This document shows, piece by piece, positions 29,640 through 44,185 of a DNA stretch of 64,000 nucleotides. The stretch lies in NCBI RefSeq assembly GCF_009914755.1, contig NC_060934.1; one strand, given 5' to 3'. How positions within the stretch are numbered: the stretch's first letter is position 1; each line of letters starts with the position of its first letter. This DNA is from the human T2T-CHM13v2.0 reference genome, Homo sapiens. A model generated the notes under the pieces. The model had not been told where the DNA came from and ran no database searches. It worked only from the letters and a program-made list of their open reading frames with translations. Made by a program: the position numbers and the translations under genes.

Positions 29640-30495
29640 GAACACCGTGTGTAACCTACCTAAGTCAAGAACTAGAATGCTAGCAACACCCTGCTCTGGG
29701 TTCTCAGGCATTTCTCCTCTCTCTGCAAGGCAGCCATAATCCTGACATAATTTAGTTTTGAACATACCATATTCTAAATTCAAAGTTTAGTTTTGAATAC
29801 CATAGAGTAGTGTTGCCTGTTTCAGGATTTTATATACATGGAATCATTCAATATCTACTCTTTTGTCTCCAGCTTCTTTTGCCCAGCATTTTTTTTCCTG
29901 TGGGATTTGTCTGTGTTGTTAAATGTAACAGTAATTCATTCTCTTTATTGTATGTACTGTATTCCATTTTATGAACATAAAATAATTCATTTAGATAATG
30001 GTCATTCAGATTGTTTCCAGTTTGCATCTATTAAAAATAATTCTGCCATGAACATCCTTGTTGTATGGTTTTTGTTGTTCATATCCATGCAGCTCTTTTG
30101 AGTGTATTTCTGGGAGAGGAGTGGCTGGCTTACAGGGCATGTGTGTCTCCAACTTTTGCAGGTAAGGCCAGTTTCCCAAAGTATTTGTACTAATTGACAT
30201 ACCAACTCTGAGTTCCAGATGTTCCACATCCTTGCCAGTACTTGATATTAAGTTTTTTGTTTCTGTTTTCATTTTAGCCACACTGGTAGGTAGATAGTGG
30301 TATCTCACTGTGGCTTTAATTTTTATTTCCCTTATAACTAATGATGATGGGCACTTCTTAATGTACATACTGGGTTTTTGGATGTGCTTTTGCAAAGTGC
30401 TGTTCACGTCTTTTACTAATAGAAAAATTGGGTTATTTTTCTTTTTATTATTGATATCAGTGGTCTAAAAAGATATATTCTGGATTATCTTTTTT
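29490..30495 (-). mobile_element. L1M (L1ME-like) 3' region
   Basis: Antisense L1 motifs (ATGGAATCATTCA, GATTGTTTCCAGTTT, TGGTATCTCACTGTGGCTTTAATTT). Confidence 0.8.
29580..29635. repeat. Uninterrupted (TA)28
   Basis: Counted directly. Confidence 0.97.
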
Positions 30496-30653
30496 CAGAT
30501 ACCCTTAAAATGTTAACATCCATTCTTAAAATCCAAAGTTAATAGCTGTCTCTTCCCTTTTTCTGAACAATACAAGGATCTTAAAACACTCTTATTTTCT
30601 ATTCTTATCTTATATGCTATTATTAACCAGGGTATTAGTTCACCTTGTTTTTA

Positions 30654-30912
<259 letters not shown>

Positions 30913-31320
30913 TTACAAATTTCTTTACTCACTGTTGTTTCTTCCATCCCAGCCTGCCCTTCCAGTTTTAATTTCTTTCTTCCTAGAATTTGTCCTTTAA
31001 AAGTTCCTTTAGTAAGTTCATAAAACTTTTTAGTGAGACAGTGTTTTATTTTACTCTTATTCTCCAAAGATAGTTTTGTTAGATATACAATTCCTAGACT
31101 GACATCTTGTCACAGCAATTTGAATATATTTCTTTGTCTCATTGCTTTTATTTAGTCTTCTTTTGAAGTCTGTTGCAGGTTTAATTGTCAGTCCTTTGTA
31201 GGCAGTCTGTCCCTGGACCACTCTGCAAAAAGTCTCTAGCCATGATTTCCTTGAATATCTCCTCTGATCTATTTCCTCTTCAGGAACTTTGGTATGTTGG
31301 ACTTTACTAAAGTCTCTTAG

Positions 31321-31340
31321 TGTGTGTCTGTCTCTGTCTG

Positions 31341-31371
<31 letters not shown>

Positions 31372-31386
31372 TAGCCTCTCTCTCTC

Positions 31387-31389
<3 letters not shown>
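31321..31389. repeat. CT-rich simple repeat
   Basis: Seen directly. Confidence 0.85.
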
Positions 31390-31769
<380 letters not shown>

Positions 31770-32119
31770 TAGTTTTTTCAAGTCTGTATTTTAGTTTACT
31801 CTCTTGGGTCTCATGTACTGTTACTCCATTAAGTTTTTTCAATTATTCGATAGTCCTTAAAATCTGCTGGTCTTTATAGCATCTTCCTTTCTCATGCTTC
31901 TAATTTTATCTTTAAGGGTTTTGAACACTTAATTTAAGGGTCTTGAAACATGAAGACCACTTCATGTTTCTCTCTTGACTTGGGGTTTTCTGGACCATGC
32001 TGGTGTATAAACCCAAATCTCAAATCTTTGTGAGTGTAGGCCTATTGTTACAGATTAGCAAGGGAGACTTTTTCCATTCAGCGTTCTGGAAAAGACAGAT
32101 AAGGCTTTTTGATTTGAGT

Positions 32120-32404
<285 letters not shown>

Positions 32405-34196
32405 CTTGATTAGGGTTTTTAATTCTCTCTGTTAAGGGATAGATTTTTTTTTCTTTCTTTTTGGTCAATCTTTTAACTAAGAATGAACCCTTCAACATTC
32501 TGGGTTTTTTTTGTGGGGTTCTCTGTAACTCCCCATCTTTTAGAAGTCTGTTACAGGCTTCGATAAGCATAGCCCACAATTTGTGAGTAGAAGAAAACCT
32601 GGTTTCTAGTTGTTGACTATGACTCTGAAATTCTTTTGTAAATTTTAAGCAGCTTATATTTCTTTGAGATATAATTGTCTAGAATTTTTTGGAAATTCTA
32701 AAACGAGTATTTCCATGAGCGTTTCTTACTAGTGGTGTGATCTATATAATGACATTATGTTGAGAGAGGTTTGTATATTTAGATCCCTCTTTTGCACTCT
32801 AGCTACAAATTTTTGTTTACAAACTGGTAAGCCAAAATATTAAAGCTACACTTGGTTGCTCTGTTCTGACTGTGTTAAGAACACGGGTCTAGGTGCACTG
32901 ATTGGTTTCTGGTTTAGCAAGCACACCTTGACTTTTGTATTATGGTGAAAGCAAATGCTTGTTAACTGTATAGTGCCTTTTAAAAAAATTCCTGTAGGAA
33001 GATATTAATGCTTAGAAAAATCAGTAGATTTGATTAATAAATCATCTATAAAAAACCTGAAATATTTTTCAACTTTCATTTCCTAGAGTGTAGTAAAGGC
33101 AGTAACTGTTAAACGTGAAATCAAATAAAGTAATTTGCACCTGGAAGAAAGCCTTTCTAAAATTATTTCTGTAGTTTCTAGCCACATGATTGAAAAATAC
33201 AATAAATGTATATTATGTTATTACTTCTCATTTGCAGTTTTTATAAACTTTAAAGCAACTTCAGAGGTGCTAACTTGGGCCTTCTTTCTTCCCTCCGCCT
33301 CCCCTTTTTATTTAAAGCATCATATCATTTATTATATTGGACCAGCAGGAATGAGTTTAAAGAGGTTGAGAACTGTTTCAGATTAATAACTTGGAAATAT
33401 CCCACAGGAGTCACAGTATTGCTTATCTTGGATTAAGTTTTAAGAATCCAGTCATTGAGAATTATTTCTATAAGCTGCCATATTTAAAGTTGGAGTGAGG
33501 AAGAACCTTACACTGATCCACATACCCCAAAATTCGTGTCAGTGTACTTTATGGGGATCTTGTAGTTTGAAGGATGGCATGGTCCACAAGATAAAAAGCT
33601 TCATCATGACAGTCAATAAGTAATGTTCTGGGTTTACATAGAGTTTATATTTCTTTCCTCAAGGTTCTCAGTTTTTCATTTTCATGTATAAGGTATACAT
33701 CGCTTTTCTAAAACACCAACAATGCTAGATTATTTTTGCTTTGATTTGCTTTGTTTTTTTCATATTCCTTTGAATGATTTAGTTATTACTTCTCTTTGTT
33801 TAATATTTTTTAAAGGGATAACTATTTATCCTAACTTTCTCTATACTGGAAAAACACCCCCTTTCCTTCCCCCATTTACAGGATTGTGCAACCTTTCAGT
33901 TAAACAAAACCAAAATTGTTCACTTGCTCAGTGTTCCACCCCCTTGAAATAAGCCACATAGCTCTCTATGGGTGTGGCCCAGCCTCTTTGGCTGCCACAG
34001 TTACTTGATCCCCTTATCTCATGTCACCCTTGGCTCCCTATATTGTCTCTTCATCTGGTTTCTTAGCTCCTCCTTTTCCCGCTTCCACCGAGTTTTTGTA
34101 CTGCTCCTGTCACTTTGCTTCTCAGAAGTTCAGAAGCAATTGTCATGAGCTTTTCCACCTCCCCCCCTCCTTTCTCTGAATCTTCTGAGGAAGTTA

Positions 34197-34471
34197 CAGT
34201 TGGCCCTCCACTTCTGAGGGTTTCGCATTCTCAGATTCAACCAACCACAGATTGAAAATATTAGAGTAAAAATACAGAATAACTACTTACATAGCATTTA
34301 CATTGTATTAGGCATCATAAGTAATCTAGAGATGATTCAAAGTATTCAGGAGGAAGTACAAAGTTTTATGCAGATACCACTTCATTTTATATCAGAGACT
34401 TGAGCATCCTGGATTTTGGTGGCCATGGGAGGTCCTAGAACTAATCCCTGATGGATACCTAGGGACAGCTG
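34197..34471 (-). mobile_element. MER2 (TcMar-Tigger MITE)
   Basis: CAGTTGGCCCTCC ... GGATACCTAGGGACAGCTG termini, TA flanks, internal AAGTAATCTAGAGATGATT. Confidence 0.88.
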
Positions 34472-34666
34472 TACATATACACTGTCCAAAGAATTCATTG
34501 AGGATTTCCTACTCCAGGATTAAACTCCTGAAGTGAACGTTTTGAAAGGCAAAAGGATTTTTTCTTTTTTGTCAAAGTTTAGATGTTGTAGGTGTGAATT
34601 CATTAGTATAAAGTACTTACAGCCCTTGCTTTATATAAAGTATATGCTCCTAAAAAGTTGGCTAGT

Positions 34667-34960
34667 GGCTGGTCATGGTGGCTTATTCCTGTAATCCCAG
34701 CACTTTGGGAGGCTGAGGGAGCTGGATCGCTTGAGCGCAGGAGTTTGAGATCAGCCTGGGCAACATGGTGAGACCTCGTCTCTGCAAAAAATAGAAAAAT
34801 TAGCTGGGCGTGGTCATGTGAGCCTGTGGTCCCAGCTACTTGGGAGGCTGAGCTGGGAGGATTATTTGAGCCCGGGGAGGTTGTGGCTGCAGTGAGCCAT
34901 GATCATGCCGCTGCACCCAGCCTGGGCAATAGAGTGGGACCCTGTCTTAAAAAAAAAAAA
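34667..34960 (+). mobile_element. AluJ
   Basis: GCTTGAGCGCAGG and GCTGCAGTGAGCCATGATC J diagnostics. Confidence 0.93.
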
Positions 34961-35984
34961 TTGCCTGTATCTCAGTATAACATGGTTAAATGCAGGTGCG
35001 ATTACTATTTAAGACAACCTGGCAAGGAATCTTTAAATAATTTACATAAATAATCCTACCTTAATTTTTCCATTTTAAAGGATTTTTCCTCTCAGGTTGT
35101 CATGATTGTATATGCTGTAAATGATCTGCATATTCTTCTTCATAAAAATGGAAGATTTGTTATTTATTTGTACTTCAGTGTGGAAGCATCTTAAACATTA
35201 ACCCTGTGGCATTTTCTCATCAATAGTAAGTTGATCAAATGAGTGACCCAGTCTCAGCAATTTAACATATCATCCCTTTCAGCTTTAAATGTATATTTAA
35301 TCACCTTAGCCCATTTTTCAATCCACAAAAGTAACCTTTCTCATATATCAACAGCTTTCTGGGCCAGTGAACCTTAGAACTTAAGTGCCTTACAAAACAT
35401 AATGCTTATTAGTTGTGTTTTTTTTTTCCCCTTCCCACCCTCTCCCATTAAATCTACCTTGCTTATACTTGATGCTTTTAAGGATTTGAGCTCATAGGGT
35501 GTAGTATAATGTAGTGCCACCTTGACCATGAAATTTGTTTACTGACCTTAGTATTAACCTAGAACATTCTTATGCCTCTTTTCATGGTGATGTGGTGTCA
35601 GATTACAATTTGACTGGCTTTCAAGATAATTGGTCTTAATTATTTCTAAGTCATTGGTTAATGCAGTGTAAGAACAAGCATTGTTTAAAAAAGAATATAA
35701 ATGGCTTTTGAGTTTCTTTTCTTAGCATGCAAGTCAGATTAGAGTGAAAGCAAAAGCACATGACACAAAACTGTGGTTCGCTAATAGATTGTAGGCTTCC
35801 TGTAGCTTAAATTATACACACCACAGTAAACTGTTACCCAGTGGCAATTTTGATTTCCCTTTTGTATTAGTTGTAATCTGTGATACTTTTATTTAAAGTA
35901 AAGCCATGTATTAAAAGTTTATTAAAACATATATTGTCTTTTTTTAATCTTTTTCCTCTTCACCCCATACATATATACTCATTC

Positions 35985-36250
35985 CTTTTAGACCAAGCTC
36001 CAGGGTAACTTGCCCTGTAACCTTTCAAATAGGCTCCTTTCTCTGAATATATCTGTAGTATATCTGTAGTATATCTATTATAATAACAGAGTGTGCTACA
36101 ATTGTCTCTCCCTCTCCCCTGCCCCAACCCACTAAATTGCTAGTATTTTAGGGTCAGAGACAATGTCTCGTTCATTTCTTACATTTTTTACCATGATACC
36201 TGTTCAATTGTAGCATGTAATAGTAGGGGAATGAATAGTTAGTAGAATAA
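35985..36250 (+). mobile_element. L2 3' fragment
   Basis: AGGGTCAGAGACAATGTCTCGTTCAT...GAATGAAT. Confidence 0.5.
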
Positions 36251-37896
36251 ATGTATTTAAGAAAAAAGTAGAAAAGAAATATATGGTGAATTGATTTACC
36301 AACTCAGAATTTAAATATAAATTTAAAAAATCTAAAATCAAAGTAGGTTATGTGATCAGTACTGCTGTAGGTTGCAGAGAATAAATTGATACTCTACACT
36401 TTAGTTATGTTTGGGAGCAGTATGTATGATTCTGTAAACTGAAATCCCTCTAATATGTACAGAAGAAATACATTTACAGACTAGTTTTGTTTTTGTTTTC
36501 GTTACACCTTCTATCATGCCACTGAGTATATAGCAAATCTATCAACCATTGAGTGGAAAAACACATTAAGATGCTTGAAGGCAGGCAGAGTTATGCAGGG
36601 GTTGAAGGATAAAGATTGGGGGGTAGGGGTGCAGATAACCAAACTTGTCTCTCGCCCTGTCTTGGAAAAAGCTTACTTATCATATCTGAGGACTCTTAAA
36701 GCATTAATTTTAGAGGCTGGGATGTGGCTCTTGTCATATACAGGCAGCCCAAGTTCTACAGCTAGATCTCAGAGAAGCTGAGAGTGTTAGTAGGCCTACA
36801 AACACATCATGTGGGTTTTTTTTTTTGTTTGTTTTTAGTTTTTTGTTGTTTTTGGGGGGGGGGGGGTGGGGAGCCAGCTTTGCCTCCTACCTATCCAACA
36901 GCAGTGTTTGAAGCTAAGTGCTTGAATTTGTTTTAGGAGGATAATTTTTAGAAACATTATTGATACTTAAATTTCCCAAGATTAAAAAAAAATTGGGGGA
37001 ATGGCTTTTACTGGGTAAAGTATTTGAAACGTAAAACATATTTTTCCAAGTAAAATGATGTCTCATAGTTGGAAAAAGCAATTTAAAAATGCCTACAGAG
37101 CCCCATATCCTTAGATGGAACAGCTCAAAGCAAAAGTAACATTTTTAACAAATTGCAGGGGAGAGGGTTTCAGTCCAACAAAATAAAAAGGCTCTTTAGG
37201 TTTGCTATAGAACATTGTACCTATAATCAACAGTAATGTATACTTAAATTTAAGAGGATAGATCTCATGTATTCTTGCCACAGTTAAAAATAAAAGTTAT
37301 ACCTCAAAGATTTAGAAAGTAAAAACAAATTGCATGTGTCATGAATATTTCGTATATTGTGGCTATATTTCATTTTGTTTTTACTTGTTTTCTATTCCGT
37401 TTTAGAACTTTTCCCAAAACAGAAATTATTCATGATTGCAGATTTTTTTAATGGCACAAATAGATTTATTCTTCACTTTTTATTCTGTGCTTTTTTCTTT
37501 TTCATGTAGTCTGTGTCTTCACAAGGTGTTAATAAAATGCATAGTTTTCAGAAGTACTATGCCATCAGTAGAGTCAAAGCCATATTATGTCTTTCTACCT
37601 CTAGTTTGGCAACCTTGAAGATACAATACAACCTCACTAGTTTGGTGAATTTTTGTTTTAAATGGGGATCATGCCTAATCTTTAGACCTAATGACTTACT
37701 GAATTTCAACCTCAGCTTTAATAAGCTGAACTTACCAATCATTGTAGGTTATGTTGTGTACATTTTTTTATCCAGAAAAAGCCTATTTTGAACATTAACC
37801 ATATTTCACTTATCCCCAACCTTGCCTTTTCTATAATTCTTCCTTTTTAAATCCTGGATTACCTGTTTTAACAAATAACCATCTATCACATATTAA

Positions 37897-38237
<341 letters not shown>

Positions 38238-38959
38238 ACCATGTATAATATTTTTTAAACTCCTTTTTCAACCCCTGGTCTAGGTCCTGAGGGGCCCTGC
38301 CCTCAAGTTGCACACTGTACGTGTGAGAGGTATACCCAGGGAACAGACAGTTAGTGTAAGGAGTGCTATGTTGGAAGTAAGCCAGAGGGTTGTGGGACTT
38401 GAGGCTTTACCGGGTGGAGGCCTGTAGGAGGCTTTTCTTTACAAATCCGTCTTTGCAGGAGAGGCTAAACCAGGGCATCCCTCAAATAGGAAATTATAGA
38501 ATATAGTCAGAAATGCCTGCAGACAACAGTTGGATTTCACCAACTTGGATAGTCTCTCATTATCTTCTGAAGCATGAACACCATGGTCAGCATTTTTATC
38601 AAGGAGTTATCTATGTGGTATTATCACTTGTGAGAACAGTTAACTGGGAGAACAAAAGCTCTGAGAGAGTAAGAGCTACTCTTGAGCCCTTCTACAGTTC
38701 AAGGGACATCTCTGAATTAAAACTATAGGATGGCAGACTGTTTCATGAAGCTTCCTCCTACATAGAACTCACACAACTCTTACACCTTGGCTTTGGTTTA
38801 CTTTTTGTCCAGGCCTTTTTTTCTCCCCTTGAGTTTTACTCCCTCAGCTGAATCCCACAACTGAGTTTTCTTCAACCTAGAACCTCCATAGTGTGTGTAA
38901 AATTGGCCTATTGTGAAAATCACCAGGGATGAAAAAATCACTGTTCGACTTATCTCCAT

Positions 38960-39410
<451 letters not shown>

Positions 39411-41490
39411 CAGTCTAAATTATTCCAGTGGCACTTTAACTGCTGAGCAGCATTTAGATCTCTGAGGACACACAAGTTTGCACAGTTGGTTTTTAATCTT
39501 TTTAGTATTTCATGCATTTTACTCTGATCATCTCCTTGCCCCCTATTTTTCTGTCATTTTGCTTTCCTTTTTGGAGAGTGTTCATCCTTAGTTGTTTTGT
39601 TTTTATTATAACTAAATGCCTATTACCATTCAGCACTTAACGGATGGTTTCAGTGGGCTAAGCTCTAAGCTCTGTGCTATCTGTTGGAATACAAAGGTGC
39701 TCCCAACTGAGTAGAGGAACCCATGGAAGCAGCCACCTTCCCACCCCCGACTAACATGAATTTAACCTGATTTAAACAGTTTAGACAGACCTTTTTTTTT
39801 TTTCCTTAGCCAGTCTTGTAGTAGATGGAGAGGTTACTTTCCATAGACATTTCAAGCTAGACTGAATGTCCCACAGAGCTGAAGCTTGCCAAGCAAAGCT
39901 CATCTCTGTGGCTGTTTTAAGTCACTAATAGTTATACCACATTTCTAGAAGTTGGTGTCACCATCAGCCAAAGATTAAACTTGTCTCCTCTCCTCCCCCA
40001 ACCCGATATATCCTTGACCAGATGATGTTTGTTCAAAAGGAAAAGCCCTTTTTTTTGGTTTTGTACTTTTAGTCTACCACATGTTTGAGATGCCTAGTAG
40101 TTCCTTAACAAATCAAACTTTGTGACTTCGGGATTCATAGCACTTTAGTTGGAGACAGTTTCTCATTGTGCTGGTTTGATTTCTGGCACTTGAAAACATC
40201 TCCATTTGGAAGCTTATGGAATGTTTCATTCACTCCCCTATTTGGAGTAGACAGTTTGTCTTCTCTTCATTGATCAAGCCCTAGACCCTAGTGGTGCCCA
40301 GAGTGAGTGTCCTGTCTATGTTGTATTTGAGAATGTACAGGCACTAGGAGTGCGTGAACTCTTGTGCAGCTGACGTTGATTGGAGGGCAAAAGGGGAAGG
40401 GGAAGGCCCTTAGGACAATGAATTCAGTCATGGGGCTACCTCATTTCCTTTTTTTTTTTTTATCTTAAACAAAGCTAAAATATGTTTTCAATTACTTTGT
40501 TTTTAAAATGCTATCTTTCTCTTTTTGCTAACTTTCATAACAATAACTAATCGCAAGTCATTTTATGTACTGAAAATACAATATGACAGAATGACATTTT
40601 ACAAAATTTAAATGAAACAAATATTTGAAATAAAATTGGAGTTGGAGGACAGGAGAGAAGGGGGATAGCATGCTTCATGAGTTGCACACAAGCTCATACT
40701 TTAGTTGTTAAGCCTCTGGCACTCAGTAGAGTATTTTTATTTAAAATCTACAAAACTGAGGAGGCGGGAGGGAAGGAGAAATTTCACTGCTTGAAAGTTA
40801 CCCTAGAAGATTGGATCTGTAAATTTACATGAATCCCTGAAACAGGCGTGTATGTGAGTGCCAAATAATATCAAGACTAACCAAGAAAAACTTGCTTTTC
40901 TGCATGATTGTGGTGGAAGCATTGGTTCCCAACAACTTTCACATTTATAAGGATTTTTTAAAGGGACTAACTACACATTGGGCAAGTAGCTGTGTAGTCC
41001 AGAGTATTGGCTGGATTTAACATACTGAGGGCATGTGGATTCCTAAGAATGTCACACCTTGTCTGTGCCAGTAAATCAGAGTGTCTATTCTTGATACTAA
41101 ATCTGATATCATTGGCAGATTTTCTCCTTTATTGGAAGGGTGATATTCAGAAGGGAGAATATTTTTTCATGTATTTTGCTCTCTCTGTGATTGGGGTGTT
41201 TTTATGGTTTTTTGTTTTTTTTTTAAAGCTATGAAATAATACTGGCAAGTCCCAAGAAAACTAGATCTGGATTTCATTTTGTCTCTTCAACTCTGTGTGA
41301 TCTTGTGCACATTCCTGACATGTTACAAACAGCTTGTGTCTCTGAATGTGCAGTATCAATTTTCAGTGGTGAAAGCCCCAAAAGGAAACAGACTGATTCT
41401 TCCATGCACAAACAGCTGGGCAGTTGTGGATGGAATTAATTGCTGATATATATTGGCTGTGTTTTTCTTCTCTTGTCATTTCCTTTGCAG

Positions 41491-41582
41491 CTGTGAAAGT
41501 GAAGTTTGGCTTGAAAACACATTCTGCCAGTGCAAATCCAAAAAGTATCAAGACAGGATTCTTCTACTATAATAACCAACTG
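41491..41582 (+). other. Candidate 92-nt cassette exon
   Basis: Long pyrimidine tract ending TTTGCAG|; donor CTG|GTAACT. Confidence 0.3.
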
Positions 41583-43568
41583 GTAACTTTGAATTGTTAG
41601 TTTGAGGGGGGAGATGAGGAAGAGCCAAGAGATAGCAGCAGGTGATTGATAATTACATAGATGGTTGAAAAAATAAATCATGCTGTTAGACTATGAGAAG
41701 AGTATGTTGGAATGGTTAATTTATCATGTGGCAAGAGTGACCTCATAATCCAACAAAGGCAAGATCAATCAACAGCCCCTCACTAGGGTCCTGAGAGAGG
41801 ATGTTCTAGGCCATCTCTCAAAATATTGAAATGTTCAATACTCCAGACTGAATTATTGTTCCAATGTGAGAGAGTAGCTCTTGGCTAGAGTAACATGACA
41901 ACATGCATCATTAAAAATAATATTTTCCTGGTGTTCTCTCAAATCCTTTTCCATTGTTCATTTTAAATTCTATGTAAACAATTACATAGTTTTTTATATG
42001 CTTATTTTACTCAAACTTTAATTTTATGATTATAGGAATTCAATTAAAAATAACTCTTGGTTGTGTTTCTGAATATGCGTATACAGAAAACAGTATTGGT
42101 TAAAATCACTTGAATAAGTATCAGATGTTTGTTAATAGTTTCAATAACTGATAAATTATTTTAGATCCTATTAAAGATATTTGTACAGTATTTATACATA
42201 CTGTGGAAAACTTTTTAAAATAAAATTCCTACAAAATTATTGAAAAAGTGGGTGAGTATAAAATTTTTTAAAGTATGGTATGCATAATAAATAATTTTCT
42301 TTTTTACATGTACATTTCAATATTCTACCAGAGCAACTCCATAAATTCAAAATAAATCTTATTTTGAAGGGAACTATTGCTAGTTGATAATAAAACGTTT
42401 TTATTGTTTGTGTATTGCTAGGAGAACTAGAGCACTGGTGAGGAGAGAAAGAGGTAATTTGTGTTCATGGTCAGGACCTCCAGAAACAGGCTGAAGTAAT
42501 GTTTTAGAATGAGCAATGCTTCTGACACCTTGAGATATGTAAAAGCTGCTGTTGCTAAACTTAGAAGTTGGCATGGTTGGACTTCCTTTATAGTACTCTA
42601 CTTCCATCTAACATTCTGTTGGTTGAACTGTGTGATCTGTCTTGCATTTTATCTTTACTTTCTTCACAAACAAGAAATGAGAATACATTTTACTTCAAGG
42701 CAGGAAAGCTGATCTACAAACATGAACTCTCCCCCACTTTTTTAGGAGGACTAATGAATTAATTGTGACTCCAAGGCTCTGAAAAATGTGTGGCAATATT
42801 AATGTGCAGTTTGCTCTCACTGAAGTCTGCCTGGGTGTGTTGTTTCCCCCAGAGTGAGCTCCACCCTTGCTCTAACCACATTGAGTGTGGATATCTTGCT
42901 CTTTAAAACAAAGTTCATTGTTAGGGCAGTATTGCAACAGAATTGCCACACAAAAACCAGCTTAAGAAATGTACAGCACTTCAATTTTTTTGTAAGTAAT
43001 GGATTGTCTATTGTAATACTGATTGCTCACAGCTTAAGGGGAAACACAGATAAGATAGATGGTTAAGCTTTGTGCCAGCTGCTAGTAACATGCAATATTC
43101 TTCTTTGGGAGGAGCCTCTGGCTTTATCACTCCACTAAGTTTTTTTTCTTTTAGTTCACTTGTCTGCTTTTTTTTTTCTTTCTCTTTCTTAAACAGTTTA
43201 CTGAATTGTTATTTTTAACGATTTTGGGGATGACACTGACTGTTCAAATGAAGGCAAATAGTATTCTCCCAAATGTGCTAGTTATTTAACTTGAAAATGC
43301 TTGAAGCAGTGTTTTGTACTGAATTTATTGGACCCATTAATAGCATAATCTGGCAATACTGTATTTCGAGACATCGTGACATGAACTTTGTGTGTAAGAG
43401 TGGGTTCATTGAATTAAAAAAAAGGCAGCTTCTAAAGAGCCTTTTATTTCTGTCATAATGATGCTTTGTCCTGTTGCTGTTGGGTATTTGTCAGAAGAGT
43501 TGGGGCAGGCTGCAGCCCAAAGTTCTGTTCCATGCCTCATCAGTTCCGTGCTTCTGTGTTCTTTCTAG

Positions 43569-43585
43569 AGTTTGTGACGTGAATG
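43569..43585 (+). other. Candidate microexon, or 3' end of an alternative first exon
   Basis: CTTCTGTGTTCTTTCTAG| 17 nt |GTGAGT. Confidence 0.3.
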
Positions 43586-44054
43586 GTGAGTTGAACTATA
43601 GGAGAATTATTGTTGTTCATTGAGGTCCATGTTCAGCAATTTTTTTTTTCGCAACTGGGGGTCTGTCTGATCTTTTTTCCCCCTCACACACTGAGTTTCT
43701 CTTTGTACCTGAGTTTTAAATGCCTTTGGAGTGTTTAATTATTCACTGACTGAAGTGGGCATGTAGAGAGAGAGAGGCTGTGCTTTGTGTTATCTATACT
43801 CTCTGGTGTGTGGTCATGTGTACACTTTGGGTAGACACTCATTTGGTGCAAGCAAACTGAATAACTGCCTCTGTTGAAATCAAATCTGAATGTTGAAAAT
43901 GGCTAATTTCTGTAAGGCTTGCAGGGGTGACATTGTGTCATCCTTTTTGAACTAAGACTTCTTAGCATCTCCTTGCTTCAGCTTCCTCCTTTTTACTTGG
44001 TAGTAATTGGATTTAGCTGACTTCTAACTTCATAAGGATGTAAGAATAAAGCAC

Positions 44055-44185
44055 AGGTGTGGTATCATAGCAAAAAGCACTAGCCTGGGAATCAAGAGAC
44101 TGTTTTACCTCTTTGGACATTAGTTTCTTTACCTGTACAGTTAGGAATTTAGGTTAGCCTCTTCTAAGATCTTTTCTAGCTTTGA
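44055..44185 (+). mobile_element. MIR fragment
   Basis: AAAAAGCACTAGCCTGGGAATCAAGAGAC...AGTTTCTTTACCTGTA. Confidence 0.6.

Noticed and set aside
42509-42712. Unique-sequence ORF MSNASDTLRYVKAAVAKLRSW...
   Set aside because: Short, no recognisable homology, no convincing splice donor
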